Shown here in pieces: positions 61,933 through 62,569 of a DNA stretch of 62,569 nucleotides. Location of the stretch: the NCBI GenBank assembly GCA_036770325.1, contig DAIPJJ010000002.1:1-62569 (forward strand), given 5' to 3'. Each line of letters starts with the position of its first letter. Position 1 is the stretch's first letter. The position numbers and the translations under genes were made by a program. Source of the stretch: Terriglobales bacterium. Its GTDB lineage: Bacteria; Acidobacteriota; Terriglobia; Terriglobales; Acidobacteriaceae. Under the pieces are notes generated by a model. It saw only the letters and a list, made by a program, of their open reading frames with translations, did not search any database and was not told the DNA's origin.

Positions 61933-62569
61933 ATGGAAGTCTTCCTCGTTGACGGCACGTACGAGCTGTTTCGGCATTACTACGCCGTTCCTTCTGCGCG
62001 CGATAAGCAAGGGCGGGAAGTCGGCGCGGTGCGTGGCGTGCTCTCGTCGGTGCTGGGGATGATTAAGGGCGGGGCGACGCACGTCGCGGTGGCCACCGAT
62101 CACGTGATTGAGTCGTTTCGCAATCAGTTGTGGCCGGGATACAAGACCAGCGAAGGCGTTGAGCCGGAACTGCTGGCGCAATTTCAGTTGCTCGAGGATG
62201 TGCTCTCCGCGGCCGGCATTGTGGTTTGGCCGATGGTCGAGTTCGAGGCCGATGACGCTCTGGCTGCTGCGGCTGCGCTGGCGGAGAAAGACTCCCGCGT
62301 TGAGCGCGTGGTAATTTGCACGCCCGACAAAGACCTGGCGCAATCTGTGCGCGGCATGCGGGTGGTGCAACTCAATCGCCGCACGCGCGTGACGCTCGAT
62401 GAAGCAGGCATCATTCAGAAATTCGGTGTCCCGCCGCTGTCGATTCCGGATTATCTCGCGCTAGTGGGCGATTCGGCGGATGGCTATCCCGGGCTCGAAG
62501 GCTGGGGAGCGAAGTCGTCGGCTGCGGTGCTTGCCAAGTTCGGCCATCTGGAGGCGATCCCAAAAGATT
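61933..62569 (+). CDS. 5'-3' exonuclease (FEN/Pol I N-terminal domain family), 3'-truncated by the window edge
   Basis: From ATG 61933: MEVFLVDGTYELFRHYYA..., FEADDALAAAA, TPDKDLAQ and LVGDSADGYPG match the 5'-3' exonuclease/PIN-like and H3TH motifs. The frame stays open to the end of the window. Confidence 0.8.
   Translation, partial: MEVFLVDGTYELFRHYYAVPSARDKQGREVGAVRGVLSSVLGMIKGGATHVAVATDHVIESFRNQLWPGYKTSEGVEPELLAQFQLLEDVLSAAGIVVWPMVEFEADDALAAAAALAEKDSRVERVVICTPDKDLAQSVRGMRVVQLNRRTRVTLDEAGIIQKFGVPPLSIPDYLALVGDSADGYPGLEGWGAKSSAAVLAKFGHLEAIPKD

Overview
This is a GC-rich, housekeeping-dense chromosomal segment with about 50 protein genes. I found no rRNA, tRNA or CRISPR array by eye. The source is probably Acidobacteriota (Terriglobia-like). 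That is an inference from a VWFA-type 'acidobacterial' domain protein and from the repeat vocabulary, whose copies translate to strings such as VILSEA, PALSLSKG, GHDFSRA, SPDHPI and MGHP.

Gene content, in order:
- acpP-fabF, a DUF892 ferritin-like protein, and a minus-strand run of peptide-type ABC transporter genes (2 ATPases, 2 permeases, SBP).
- That run continues without a gap into an ECF sigma factor, a 953-aa TPR-CHAT protein, a ZAS-like soluble protein, an S8 subtilase and an HD-GYP protein.
- A methyltransferase, a coiled-coil porin-like OMP, a SYLF protein, a VWA protein and a P/Q-rich protein.
- prmC, purF, purL, a LamG-GH2 glycosidase and an amidohydrolase.
- A UvrC-N-terminal (Cho-like) protein, two DinB-family proteins and a 513-aa uncharacterised PD-(D/E)xK-like protein.
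- tldD-pmbA, selD, an aldo/keto reductase and a second ECF sigma/anti-sigma/secreted-protein module.
- ftsH, tilS, a PEP-mutase/ICL-family protein, a CADD/PqqC-like protein and prolyl oligopeptidase.
- mnmG, an M48 protease with a beta-propeller-like region, ada-alkA and ogt.
- A REP-associated tyrosine transposase (RAYT) and a partial 5'-3' exonuclease.

Most notable observations:
1. The window is saturated with at least six families of short palindromic REP/MITE-like elements. Several copies sit in frame inside essential genes: mnmG (three composite inserts), prmC, selD, tilS, purL and the Cho-like gene. Sequence blocks in these inserts are identical or near-identical to intergenic copies. 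Removing the inserts restores canonical protein lengths.
2. mnmG has a 60-nt 5' duplication that differs from the real 5' end only at synonymous sites.
3. selD is a selenoprotein gene. It has an in-frame UGA and a candidate SECIS hairpin, which the ORF track misses.
4. The ECF sigma / TPR-CHAT / ZAS-like / S8 / HD-GYP string is a candidate uncharacterised proteolytic signalling module.
5. A RAYT is flanked by its own inverted REPs.

All functional calls come from motif and family recognition by eye. No database search was run.
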